DNA from: Opitutaceae bacterium
GTDB taxonomy: Bacteria > Verrucomicrobiota > Verrucomicrobiia > Opitutales > Coraliomargaritaceae
Direction of reading: 5' to 3'
DNA: 64,000 nt
Assembly (NCBI GenBank): GCA_051252375.1
Contig: JBPOFY010000006.1
Span: 32,001-96,000 of the forward strand
Positions 46,468 to 55,021 of the stretch are shown here, piece by piece. Below the pieces are notes generated by a model. That model was not told where the DNA came from, did not search any database, and worked only from the letters and a program-made list of their open reading frames with translations. Positions within the stretch are counted from its first letter, which is position 1; the number at the start of each line of letters is the position of its first letter. The position numbers and the translations under genes are program-made.

Positions 46468-46923
46468 TCAAACAGCATCCGGCTCTTTTGCCTGAGCTTC
46501 AGTATTAGGCTTCGGCTCGTAGAAGGAATATGTCGGAATGACTATTCCGCTCCATGGACCGCGCTCGGTATTGGCGCGAATGATTTCACGGGACATTCCA
46601 TAGAGCATCGAAGATCCGTTGATCTTCATTAGTCGCTCGATATGTGTTGGCTCAGCCTTGTCTATGATGCATCGAAAAATGCCAACAATCGTTAGTCGGA
46701 AATCATACGGGAAATTCGTTTTTGCCGCTGGCTGATGTTTTATGTGGACCGAGACCTGCCACTTCTCGGGTTGATCTTCAGCTGCTGGAAGGCGAATGGC
46801 TTCATTCGTGACAGAGTATTCTTCGACGCGTGTTTCAATCTCCTTGTCAGGAGAAAAAACATCGCGAGCTGTCACGGCTTGGTCGCTAACGAAATAGCGT
46901 TCTAGTTCTAATGGTGATTTCAT
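46468..46923 (-). CDS. SecB-like chaperone of a TAC system
   Basis: PYDFRLTIVGIF, NGSSMLYGMSREII...T.RGPW..IVIP. Confidence 0.8.
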   Translation of the reverse strand: MKSPLELERYFVSDQAVTARDVFSPDKEIETRVEEYSVTNEAIRLPAAEDQPEKWQVSVHIKHQPAAKTNFPYDFRLTIVGIFRCIIDKAEPTHIERLMKINGSSMLYGMSREIIRANTERGPWSGIVIPTYSFYEPKPNTEAQAKEPDAV

Positions 46924-47435
46924 GCTACGGCAGCTTCTAGGTATTCTTCACTCTCTTCATTCGACAGGGCGTCAGTTGCCAATTCAGTCGCGGAGCAAAA
47001 GAGCGTGTCGGGTGCAAATGTCATGTAGTGCGCATCGGACACCCATTGGGCGGGTGTTGTTGCGACTGCTTTTAAATAGTCGATTGTGATTTTCCCATCG
47101 TCCAGTGCACGCAGCAGCAGGTTGATACTTCGGCTTGGGCGATTGCGGCCATTTTCCCAGGGGCTCCATGTCTTTTCTCCAATCTGGAGTGCTTCACTGA
47201 TTTCTTTTTGTGTGAGGTTTAGTCGTTCGCGTAGTCCGCGTATCTCAGCAGGAAGCATCAATCCCATGTGGCGCGCTTTGGTTTCTTCAACCTTTTGTAA
47301 GCCCTCGTCGGTCATTAACCATTCTTGGATTTCTTCGTCCCACTCCATTGGAATTTGGATAGAGATGAGTTCGGCAATGCTTTCACCGTCAGTAGTGGGG
47401 ATGGAGACATCAAATGTGCGATTTTCAATTTTCAT
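46920..47435 (-). CDS. MqsA-like HTH antitoxin with C-terminal extension
   Basis: LMLPAEIRGLRERLNLTQKEIS..LQIGEKTWSPWENG; 4-bp overlaps with both neighbours. Confidence 0.8.
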   Translation of the reverse strand: MKIENRTFDVSIPTTDGESIAELISIQIPMEWDEEIQEWLMTDEGLQKVEETKARHMGLMLPAEIRGLRERLNLTQKEISEALQIGEKTWSPWENGRNRPSRSINLLLRALDDGKITIDYLKAVATTPAQWVSDAHYMTFAPDTLFCSATELATDALSNEESEEYLEAAVA

Positions 47436-47800
47436 AACAGTTCATCGGGGTCTTCACACCGTAATCGATCTTTTTCAGGTAGGTGTGCGGAATGAAGGAT
47501 AATGTGAGTCTGATTTGTTCTTAGTAAAATTTTCCCATACGTGCGTTTGCCTTTAAAGGTAAACCAAAACTCCCAAGTCTCACCAGGCGGGTGATCCATT
47601 GTAACTGGGCAGCCATGAGGTTTAGATCCTTCAAGGAAAGTGAGGAACGCGGGGGTGACTTGGTCTTCAAAGTTACTTGGAAAGCTATTTTGAAATCCCG
47701 CCGAATAGCGCTCGGTTTTTCGAATCTCTCTCGAAGTGCCTGTGCGCAGAATTTTGGCGACTTTTCGCAGCCAGGCTCTGGGGATGGGGTGTAGCGCCAT
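47432..47800 (-). CDS. Putative MqsR/RelE-like toxin
   Basis: Basic 122-aa ORF with ...WEF...TYGKI...IILHSAH, resembling the MqsR C-terminal YxK...SFH; first gene of the triad. Confidence 0.6.
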   Translation of the reverse strand: MALHPIPRAWLRKVAKILRTGTSREIRKTERYSAGFQNSFPSNFEDQVTPAFLTFLEGSKPHGCPVTMDHPPGETWEFWFTFKGKRTYGKILLRTNQTHIILHSAHLPEKDRLRCEDPDELL

Positions 47801-47836
47801 GATTGAATCGGATTGTTGTCATAAGCATGCTTAAAA

Positions 47837-47852
47837 GGTATTAATTAATACC
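47837..47852. promoter_or_regulatory. Palindromic operator upstream of the TAC operon
   Basis: GGTATTAATTAATACC perfect palindrome, next to a TTGACT -35-like hexamer on minus (47856-47861). Confidence 0.6.
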
Positions 47853-47911
47853 AAAAGTCAAGCTATTCTATAACATGCTAAATATGAGTAATTTAAAATA
47901 GTTGTTGATCC

Positions 47912-48058
47912 CTACAACTGCCCCAAATTCTTGAGGGTGGTGAGGATTTGATCGATTTCTTCGATGCGTTTTTTGGTGCGTTTGCCGAAGTGGGCGGCTA
48001 GGGCGCTGGGGTCGGGGCCGGTTTCGGGGAGGTGTGCGTGGATGGCGCTAATTTGAAT
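47912..48058 (-). pseudogene. Remnant of an MmeI/YeeA-like methyltransferase 3' end, copy A, with stop codon
   Basis: IQISAIHAHLPETGPDPSALAAHFGKRTKKRIEEIDQILTTLKNLGQL*. Confidence 0.6.
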
Positions 48059-48074
48059 GAATATAAGAGTGCTA

Positions 48075-50321
48075 CTAACCATGTTCGATAGAGCTTTCTA
48101 TTCGTTTTCTAGTTTCATCGTCTTCAAACCAAAGGTAAATGCCACGGATGGGGCGAGTAAGTAGAATGCGGTAAGCTTGAGCGACTGCTTGGTGCAAGTT
48201 TGTATGATGAGAGCCTTTGAGGTCTAATTCATTTTTAGCAGCTGTAATTAATGTTTTGAATCCTGCTTCATGCGAGTGGAGTGGGTTGGCGTGCCAGCCG
48301 AGCTCTTCCGTGTATGCAAGGTCCTTGAACCAAAGTATGCCCACGTAGTCCCAGTCGAACCCTCGAACTGCGTAAGGGCAACCAACTTCACATAATGGGT
48401 CATCGTGTATTCGTGATCCTGCTTTTCCTTGAATATATGTGGCATAGTCGGATCCATTTTGAGGGACAAAATTCCAGATATTACTCCAAGTTCTGGTTTC
48501 ACCGTTTTCTGAATATGAAATGCTAAAGTCTTTAAGCGAATCAGGTAAATCATGTGGAACTGCTGCGCTTCGTGTTTTCCATTCTCTAGCGTATGAAGCG
48601 AGTATTCGCGCTTTAGCACCTTCTGCTAATTTATCACGGAGCGCTTGCTCCATTTGTTTTGGCGTATCGAATATTTTAAATTCTAAACCTACTCGATTAA
48701 GTGTTTTACGTTTTTTAGCCCCATAGTCCCCGGGAGCTTCAGCAGCTGCTAGAGCAGTTGTCGGGAAATTGATGATATTGCCTGTAGGTATACTTTGAGT
48801 GTTGTTCCAAGCAGATGCTAGGACTTTGCAGGTTTCAAGTGAATCACCTCTGAGGACGGATTCCAGCCAATCTACGTATTCTTTTGAACCAGCACATCTA
48901 AATTGGCTACCTTCAAGACTGACTGTTGAGTATTCCGCCCCAATTTCTTCGGCCCATGCTTTGATGTTTTCGGTAGTCGTATTTTCACGAGTTCGAAAGC
49001 TTTGCTTACTATCCATTAGGAATATTGAAACCTGAGAAACTCGCATTATATGATAAGCCTGTGGTCCCAATCCTGTAACGAAACCAAACTGTCCTCGACC
49101 TTCAACGTGCTCGGGGTTGATCAGTGCATGCGCTTCATCGACCACTGAAACTAGGAATTCGCTATCACGTGTGCCTGAATGGAAACCATTGCCTAAGGCT
49201 TTTAAAGTCTTCAAGTGCTCACGCCAGAGAAGGCCGTCCTTGAATAGTTTGCTATCATTATGCGTTGTTCTAAGACGGCCAAGTTGCTGTGTTGTTAGAG
49301 GCGTGTAGGAAGTTGCCTTTTTAACTACGCCCGCTGCAGCAACGTTTGCTGCAGTTGCATTAAAGAGGTGAGACCAATTGCTGTTTTGGCTTGCTGAAGT
49401 GCTGGTAAACACAATCGGCCCATCGGGTAGTTTCTTGTCGGTTGCAAGTGCTGCCCAAATCTTGGCAGCTACAACTGATTTGCCTGAGCCCGGAGGTCCC
49501 TCGACTAGAATGACTTTCTTATTGGCATTACTGGGGTCGTCAAAAAGAGAAGCATTTACTCGAGCTCGACACAGAGCGAAAGCTCTACGCTGATTGTCGA
49601 GAAGCTCGAAGCAGGACGCCTCAGGGTTGAGAATTTGACCGCCTATTTGTTCTACAAAGCCGCGATCTTGTTTGTAGCTGCCACTTTCAAAATCTAGCGC
49701 CCAAGCGTAATCGGCTTCTTCAATTACTCCTTGAATGAATTGAGGGAAACTAGTGGCAATATCTTCATCGCTTAGAGTGAAGCATGGGAAACTTTTTACG
49801 AGCGAATCGTTGGGAGTCTCTTTGTAGGCTTTTGTAATGACATCTCGTGTGAACAAAACGCATCCTTTAACGCTAGCTTCTTGTTCGAGGACAGCTGAAT
49901 GATAGCGTCTACAATACTCACTATAGCCACGGACTTGGTCTGAAGGGTGTAGCACTTCGCTGCCAAAGTGGTTGATCAGCCCTTCGACTTTCCCGGGCTT
50001 ATCTGAATACGTTTGCCAATGCTTCAGTTCAATGATGACGGCTCCTGGTTTATTATTCTTTTTGCCTAGTAGAACTACGTCACACCAACTGGACGCCGCG
50101 GGTAGCTGATATTCTAGAGAAAGGGCGCCGCTACCATTAAAATAAAGGTGCAGTGAGTTGAAGCTCGAAGCAGAAAATGCTCTAGATAATCGAGGCAGTG
50201 AGTCTTGCCAAGACTTGGCCTCTTCGTCGCCATAGCGCCCAGTGACTGCTTGAAGTTCATTAACTAAAGTCGGCATGTCAGACGAGACACGTTCTTTGAA
50301 GTCGTTAACTGTAATGATCAT
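48075..50321 (-). CDS. DUF2075 (Schlafen group-3-like) SF1 helicase with N-terminal nuclease-like domain
   Basis: CDVVL...IIELKHW, HPSDQV..Y, GPPGSGKS, VVDEAH, QFRC, GFDWDYVG, YRILLTR. Confidence 0.85.
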   Translation of the reverse strand: MIITVNDFKERVSSDMPTLVNELQAVTGRYGDEEAKSWQDSLPRLSRAFSASSFNSLHLYFNGSGALSLEYQLPAASSWCDVVLLGKKNNKPGAVIIELKHWQTYSDKPGKVEGLINHFGSEVLHPSDQVRGYSEYCRRYHSAVLEQEASVKGCVLFTRDVITKAYKETPNDSLVKSFPCFTLSDEDIATSFPQFIQGVIEEADYAWALDFESGSYKQDRGFVEQIGGQILNPEASCFELLDNQRRAFALCRARVNASLFDDPSNANKKVILVEGPPGSGKSVVAAKIWAALATDKKLPDGPIVFTSTSASQNSNWSHLFNATAANVAAAGVVKKATSYTPLTTQQLGRLRTTHNDSKLFKDGLLWREHLKTLKALGNGFHSGTRDSEFLVSVVDEAHALINPEHVEGRGQFGFVTGLGPQAYHIMRVSQVSIFLMDSKQSFRTRENTTTENIKAWAEEIGAEYSTVSLEGSQFRCAGSKEYVDWLESVLRGDSLETCKVLASAWNNTQSIPTGNIINFPTTALAAAEAPGDYGAKKRKTLNRVGLEFKIFDTPKQMEQALRDKLAEGAKARILASYAREWKTRSAAVPHDLPDSLKDFSISYSENGETRTWSNIWNFVPQNGSDYATYIQGKAGSRIHDDPLCEVGCPYAVRGFDWDYVGILWFKDLAYTEELGWHANPLHSHEAGFKTLITAAKNELDLKGSHHTNLHQAVAQAYRILLTRPIRGIYLWFEDDETRKRIESSIEHG

Positions 50322-50335
50322 TTCGTGATATTTCC

Positions 50336-50701
50336 TCAGGCTTCGTTTTGATACTCGTTATATTTCTTCGAGCTTCCACGAACCTGATGAGCTGGGTATT
50401 TCTGATTATTCAGTTCCAGCTTGTTTCGAACCACAGCTTCAAGATCGATCTCTAGCTCATTGCAGAGCAGGAGTAGGTAGGACGCGATATCGGCAACTTC
50501 TTGTTCAATGTGATTTTTCTTCTTGGAGATTGCCTTATCAAGGCTTGGACCATTCTTCCAGAGGAAGATTTCCTGTAGTTCGGAAGCCTCGATTGATAGG
50601 GCAGTCGCTAGGTCCTTAGGGTTGTGAAATTGTTTCCAGTCCCGATCATCTCTAAAAGCCACGAGTTCTTCTGTGAGTTGCTTGATCGGATTTTTGGGCA
50701 T
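50336..50701 (-). CDS. MazG-like nucleotide pyrophosphohydrolase
   Basis: FRDDRDWKQFHNPKDLA..LSIEASELQE, EVADI, N..KYP. Confidence 0.92.
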   Translation of the reverse strand: MPKNPIKQLTEELVAFRDDRDWKQFHNPKDLATALSIEASELQEIFLWKNGPSLDKAISKKKNHIEQEVADIASYLLLLCNELEIDLEAVVRNKLELNNQKYPAHQVRGSSKKYNEYQNEA

Positions 50702-50950
50702 GTCTTTTGTGCTTGTGGGCGCTGCAGGTGAACAATTGCTTTAAATGAAAGTCATCTCAGCTGAAACTAGCAAAGTAAAAGTGAGGGATGAGTGGAATAT
50801 TTGATGCACTAATCGAGTGCCAAATAGAGCTGTTGGGTGAAAAGCTGAGGGGGAGCTGAGAACTCGTAAAAAATGATGTAAACTTGATGAGGGAGCAGAT
50901 AAGTGCTGACATTAAATTTTATATTACAATCTTAACCGTCAGGGAACTCC

Positions 50951-51427
50951 ATGCGTTTATTATTTCTATTTTTCATCCTCACTTGTTCAGTATCTGGTCG
51001 AATCGGTGAAACACCGAATCAGCTCAAAAAAAGGTATGACACAGCTCAACCATTGTCATTCGGGGAGACTGTCGTCTCAGAAGGTCGTATTTTAAAATTT
51101 GGAAAGTTGGTCGTGTATAAGTCTGAGGGTTGGACGATCACGGCGACTTTCATCAATGATAAGTGTGAACGTATCATTTATAAGAAGGCAGGCAGTTGGA
51201 CGGATGAGCAAGTTTACGCCATCTTAAAGGCAAATGCGAATGGCCAGACTTGGAGTAGGAGTAAACCATTCAGTGAGGCTCATAAATTGTGGATCGGTAT
51301 TGGTAGCTCCACTGCGTATTGGCATTCCATCTCTGGTATGGATATGAAGACAAATGCTTACTTCACCTACATCGAGAAACTAAAAAAGGAAGCCGCTCGA
51401 AAATCTAAAGAAGTTCCGAATTTCTGA
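50951..51427 (+). CDS. Hypothetical exported protein
   Basis: Signal peptide then RIGET. Confidence 0.7.
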   Translation: MRLLFLFFILTCSVSGRIGETPNQLKKRYDTAQPLSFGETVVSEGRILKFGKLVVYKSEGWTITATFINDKCERIIYKKAGSWTDEQVYAILKANANGQTWSRSKPFSEAHKLWIGIGSSTAYWHSISGMDMKTNAYFTYIEKLKKEAARKSKEVPNF

Positions 51428-51462
51428 TGTGATCGATGACCTTGTGGGTGGGCAGATCGGAT

Positions 51463-51501
51463 GAACATCGAACGTTGAACGTCCAACGTCCAATATTGAA
51501 T
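51463..51501 (+). repeat. 39-bp heptamer element
   Basis: GAACATC GAACGTT GAACGTC CAACGTC CAATATT GAAT. Confidence 0.9.
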
Positions 51502-51519
51502 GATTACGCGAGGGAGATT

Positions 51520-52095
51520 TTATGAATCTTCTGGAGTGCGCTTATCATGTAGTTTTTCAACGATGGACTCGATATGCGCGATGATGTCCTCTGTGGAGCT
51601 ATCTTTTGGAAGTGGGGTGGCTTGGTTGAGTGCGCCTGAGAGTTGATCGATCATGCTTTGTAGGAACTGCTTTTTATTTTGAAGTGTTTCTAGGTTTTCC
51701 GTCTCCCAATATTCGCCCTCATCAGTCACTTCTAAATCGCTGAGCATATGCTTTTTGAGATAGCGGAGGAGACCGATGATCCAGACATGTGTTTCAATGG
51801 CAGCAAACTGTGTCTTGGTGGCGGTATAGTATGAGTATTCCGTAGGCTCGATTTGATCTGTGATGAGATCCATGAGGGCGCGGAGTCGTCCTTTACGGTC
51901 AAAGATGAAGCAGAGCGGTTCGCAGTCTCCCTTTGGATTAACGATGATCCCTCGAAACGCTGGGTCGATTTCATCGTCATTTATTCGCTGCGACATCCAA
52001 TCCATTGAATCGGCAATGTCCTCCAATTCATCGACGAATTTCGGGATGTCCTCAACTCGATCAATCCCACCTTTGTAGTGTATGCTTAGCCCCAT
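51520..52095 (-). CDS. Hypothetical protein
   Basis: 191-aa acidic ORF (MGLSIHYKG...TKTQFA...DEGEYWET). Confidence 0.75.
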   Translation of the reverse strand: MGLSIHYKGGIDRVEDIPKFVDELEDIADSMDWMSQRINDDEIDPAFRGIIVNPKGDCEPLCFIFDRKGRLRALMDLITDQIEPTEYSYYTATKTQFAAIETHVWIIGLLRYLKKHMLSDLEVTDEGEYWETENLETLQNKKQFLQSMIDQLSGALNQATPLPKDSSTEDIIAHIESIVEKLHDKRTPEDS

Positions 52096-52172
52096 GGTTT
52101 ATGATTGGGCATTGGTTTGATCGAAAACTCAATGATGATAATATTTCCGCAGGAGCGGGGGGAGGAGGTGGG

Positions 52173-52211
52173 GAACATCGAACGTGGAACGTCCAACGTT
52201 GAACATTGAAT
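52173..52211 (+). repeat. 39-bp heptamer element
   Basis: GAACATC GAACGTG GAACGTC CAACGTT GAACATT GAAT. Confidence 0.9.
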
Positions 52212-52243
52212 GATTATGAGGTGGCGATCTTATGAAAGGGCAC

Positions 52244-52270
52244 AAAAAAGCCCCGATTTCTCGGGGCTTT
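52244..52270 (-). terminator. Intrinsic terminator after the GIY-YIG gene
   Basis: AAAAAAGCCCCGA-TTTC-TCGGGGCTTT. Confidence 0.8.
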
Positions 52271-52523
52271 AAAAAATGGGATCTATCAGTCGTTTCGCTG
52301 CAAATGCTTTGCCGGAATGGCTTTTCAGGTATGCCTCAAAGGCGAGGGCTTTGTTTTTCTCAGGAAAGGCGGAATAGTGCAGCAGTTCCCAGGGGGTGAA
52401 TTTTTTGGTGTGAGAACTATTACCCGAATTGTGTTCGGCGATTCTCCGCTGCAGGTCTGCGGTATAGCCTACGTAAGTCTGATTTGTGTCTGAGGTAGAG
52501 CGCAAGATGTAGACGTAGTGCAT
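52269..52523 (-). CDS. Small GIY-YIG nuclease family protein
   Basis: MHYVYILRS...YVGYT.DL.RRI.EHN.G...T....PW...E.YLKS. Confidence 0.9.
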   Translation of the reverse strand: MHYVYILRSTSDTNQTYVGYTADLQRRIAEHNSGNSSHTKKFTPWELLHYSAFPEKNKALAFEAYLKSHSGKAFAAKRLIDPIF

Positions 52524-52561
52524 GCTGATTAGGCTAGGGTCTTTTTGATGAAATCGAAGCA

Positions 52562-52789
52562 AAAAACCTAAAAACAAAAATGCCCGGCACGTCTACGCTC
52601 TTTGAGCTACGCCGTGCACGCATCTATTACGCTAAGATGGCTGCGCCATGCGTAGCCTATAAGGCGAAGCAGAAACCTAAAAACAAAAATGCCCGGCGTC
52701 GTCCTGCAAATGCAGAACTATGCCGGACACCATGCTCGCATCTTATACGCTAAGATGGCTGCGCCATGCGTAGCCTATAAGGCGAAGCA
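52562..52789. repeat. Two tandem structured repeats (110 and 118 bp)
   Basis: Shared AAACCTAAAAACAAAAATGCCCGGC and TACGCTAAGATGGCTGCGCCATGCGTAGCCTATAAGGCGAAGCA, with a variable middle hairpin. Confidence 0.9.
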
Positions 52790-52814
52790 TGGTGGAGGTG
52801 GCGGGAGTCGAACC
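52790..52814 (-). mobile_element. att site: displaced 3' end of tmRNA (ssrA; tRNA-Ala not excluded), left boundary of a genomic island
   Basis: Minus strand GGTTCGACTCCCGCCACCTCCACCA (T loop, acceptor 3' strand, CCA); no matching 5' part adjacent. Confidence 0.8.
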
Positions 52815-53003
52815 GGATTGAAGATTTCCTAATGATTCACTTTAGTTCCTTTAAGTTCTTTTAATGAGTAACTTGCGGAATTATGGAGCTGCGGTGAAAT
52901 GTCGTGAAATGACGCTTTTTGAAGTCAAATCTGCAACTTTCCTGCAACTTTCAGGTGGCGGGATATGACCCCGCTTGGCTGATCTGATTTGATTTTCCGA
53001 AAA

Positions 53004-53498
53004 TTACCCGTTCCAATCCAGTAGTCGCCTCTCAATTTCTCTCTTGGGTAAGCGTGGGTTCTTCTCGCTGAGCTGGCTCAATTTGTCATGGGCATCTGAA
53101 CGAGAGAGTAGGTTGACGCTTACCAATTGGTCAAAGACCCAAAGGATGCCGCAAACTTCCACGCTAGCGCTTTCAGCAGTCTTTCGTAGTTTGCCGTCTC
53201 CTGTTAGCAAAGATGCTTCACGTTCTTCAGCTAGCTTCAACACCGAGCGATCTGGCACGCTTAGGCCTGGAAGGTCTAATGTTTGTAATCTAAGGTAGTC
53301 AAAGGTGCCGATTTCAACGACGCGAAGTGCTTCCTGTGCGACCATCGCTTTACAGACTCTCTTTTGCCTGGTTTCGTTGATTTCGTTTAACACCAGTGAA
53401 GTCGTGATGACCTCAAGCTCTAGGCGAAAGAAGAGCTCAAAAAGGCCACAATTAATCAGATCGATCATGATGTTAGCATCTTGAACGACGAGCCTCAT
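53004..53498 (-). CDS. PIN domain protein
   Basis: VVQDANIMID, LSVPD, LLTGDGKLR. Confidence 0.85.
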   Translation of the reverse strand: MRLVVQDANIMIDLINCGLFELFFRLELEVITTSLVLNEINETRQKRVCKAMVAQEALRVVEIGTFDYLRLQTLDLPGLSVPDRSVLKLAEEREASLLTGDGKLRKTAESASVEVCGILWVFDQLVSVNLLSRSDAHDKLSQLSEKNPRLPKREIERRLLDWNG

Positions 53499-54577
53499 GC
53501 AACAATCAGTGTGTCTTTTAGAAATGCGTGATAAGGCACATCGAGCAGAGAGGCGGCCTTGCTGCCAGTGATGACTTCCTCCGCGAAGCTCCTCAGTGCG
53601 AGCTGACGAAACCGCTGCGGACGCTCGGCCATGGCGTAAGCCCCTGGCTCATTTTTCTTAAAGCCGCGTTCATTCAGATTAATGCTAAAGCGACGGTGAC
53701 CGTCTTCTGATAGAATCTTTAAATCTTTGGCTCGATAGGCGATCGCAGCGATCGACATGCCCCATTCCTCCTTCAGGCTAATCAGTTCTTGCAGGGTGGA
53801 ATGGCGCCGGCGTTCCCCGAAGTTGCTTTTGAAAGCGTCCGCTGGAAACAGCATGGCCGAGGCGAAGCGATTACACAGCCTTTCGACCTCTTTGGTCTCA
53901 ACGCCTTCTGGTATCTGCAGAAGCAAATGCCCCAACTCGTGCAACAGGGTGAAACGCAGTCGGCAGGTGTCACGAACATTTCGGTTCACCAGCATAAAGG
54001 GAATGTTGCCTGCCCAGGCGGCCAAGCCGTCGAAGCTTTCTGGCGCCTCCGCTTCTAGGACTCGAATACCACGCTCTTCCAGCATTTCGACCACTTGCGG
54101 GATCGGATTGCCACCCAGATCCCAGGCGTCGCGAATTCGTTCCGCGGCCACTTCAACATCGGCAACGGATTCGATGCGTAGCCCTTCCAAAGGGTTTTTA
54201 ATGGTGGTCGAGGCTCCAGCGATCGATTCCAACTCCAAGTAGCGATCCAAGCCCAACTGAGCTTGCTGTAATAGCGCCGCTTCCTCCCTTACCTTGAGCT
54301 TCGACTTACGCTTACGAAACTCAGGCTGAGTGATTTCAGCCCGGATCGGCTCGAATAAGAAATCCAGCCGCACATTGAGCACCGAGGCCAATGCTTGCAA
54401 CACGGGCATCTCAGGCAGTCCATTGCCTTTCCCTTTTTCCCAGTTGCTCAGGGTCTGGTAACTCACCGCTTTCTCTAGGTGCTCAGAGAGCGCACGCAGC
54501 GATAGGCCCGACATCTTACGTGCCCCTTTCAATCGCTGCGGAAAATGATTCCAAAATTCTGCCTCCATATTCATCAT
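53495..54577 (-). CDS. XRE-HTH + ImmA/IrrE Zn metallopeptidase
   Basis: N-terminal HTH, RFTLLHELGH, E..CNRFAS. Confidence 0.92.
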   Translation of the reverse strand: MMNMEAEFWNHFPQRLKGARKMSGLSLRALSEHLEKAVSYQTLSNWEKGKGNGLPEMPVLQALASVLNVRLDFLFEPIRAEITQPEFRKRKSKLKVREEAALLQQAQLGLDRYLELESIAGASTTIKNPLEGLRIESVADVEVAAERIRDAWDLGGNPIPQVVEMLEERGIRVLEAEAPESFDGLAAWAGNIPFMLVNRNVRDTCRLRFTLLHELGHLLLQIPEGVETKEVERLCNRFASAMLFPADAFKSNFGERRRHSTLQELISLKEEWGMSIAAIAYRAKDLKILSEDGHRRFSINLNERGFKKNEPGAYAMAERPQRFRQLALRSFAEEVITGSKAASLLDVPYHAFLKDTLIVA

Positions 54578-54612
54578 TTGACAAAATTCGCTCTATTTGT
54601 GGATTTTGTCAA
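54578..54612. promoter_or_regulatory. Inverted repeat immediately upstream of the XRE-ImmA start (probable autoregulatory operator)
   Basis: TTGACAAAAT-N15-ATTTTGTCAA. Confidence 0.65.
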
Positions 54613-54797
54613 CCAATCGTCTCATTATTAGATACTTACAGAACTAGATTTTTCACGAAATCGCCTATTTAGTGCACCTAGTTGACTTGTGCCACTATAT
54701 ATAGTGGTTCATCCCTTGACATTTTGGTGCACGATGTTTTTATGAGCACTAGTTCGCCACCAAAGGCGAATCTTGGAAAGGAGACTGACAAACAACA

Positions 54798-54923
54798 ATG
54801 AGTTCAAAAGCGAAAAGCTACAGGAGCGCCATCACTGGACAGTATGTGACTAAGGCGAAGGCTACCAGAAGCCCGAAAACCACCGTCGCAGAGAGTCGCA
54901 CTAGTTGTAAGCGCAAAAAATAA
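54798..54923 (+). CDS. 41-aa basic peptide, not in the ORF track
   Basis: MSSKAKSYRSAITGQYVTKAKATRSPKTTVAESRTSCKRKK; AAAGGAG upstream. Confidence 0.7.
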   Translation: MSSKAKSYRSAITGQYVTKAKATRSPKTTVAESRTSCKRKK

Positions 54924-55021
54924 GGCCATCCGTAGCGGTAACTACGTATGACCTTGTTTGAAAACTCGCAAGAGCTGGTGGGAATTCTCACCAGCTCTTT
55001 TTCTTTGTTCAATACTAAAAA

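Noticed and set aside
52790..52870. Complete tRNA or tmRNA gene
   Set aside because: Similarity stops at the T arm; no 5' acceptor strand or D arm adjacent
54818..55012. 64-aa minus-strand ORF from the track
   Set aside because: Overlaps the better-supported plus-strand 41-aa peptide; no recognisable motif
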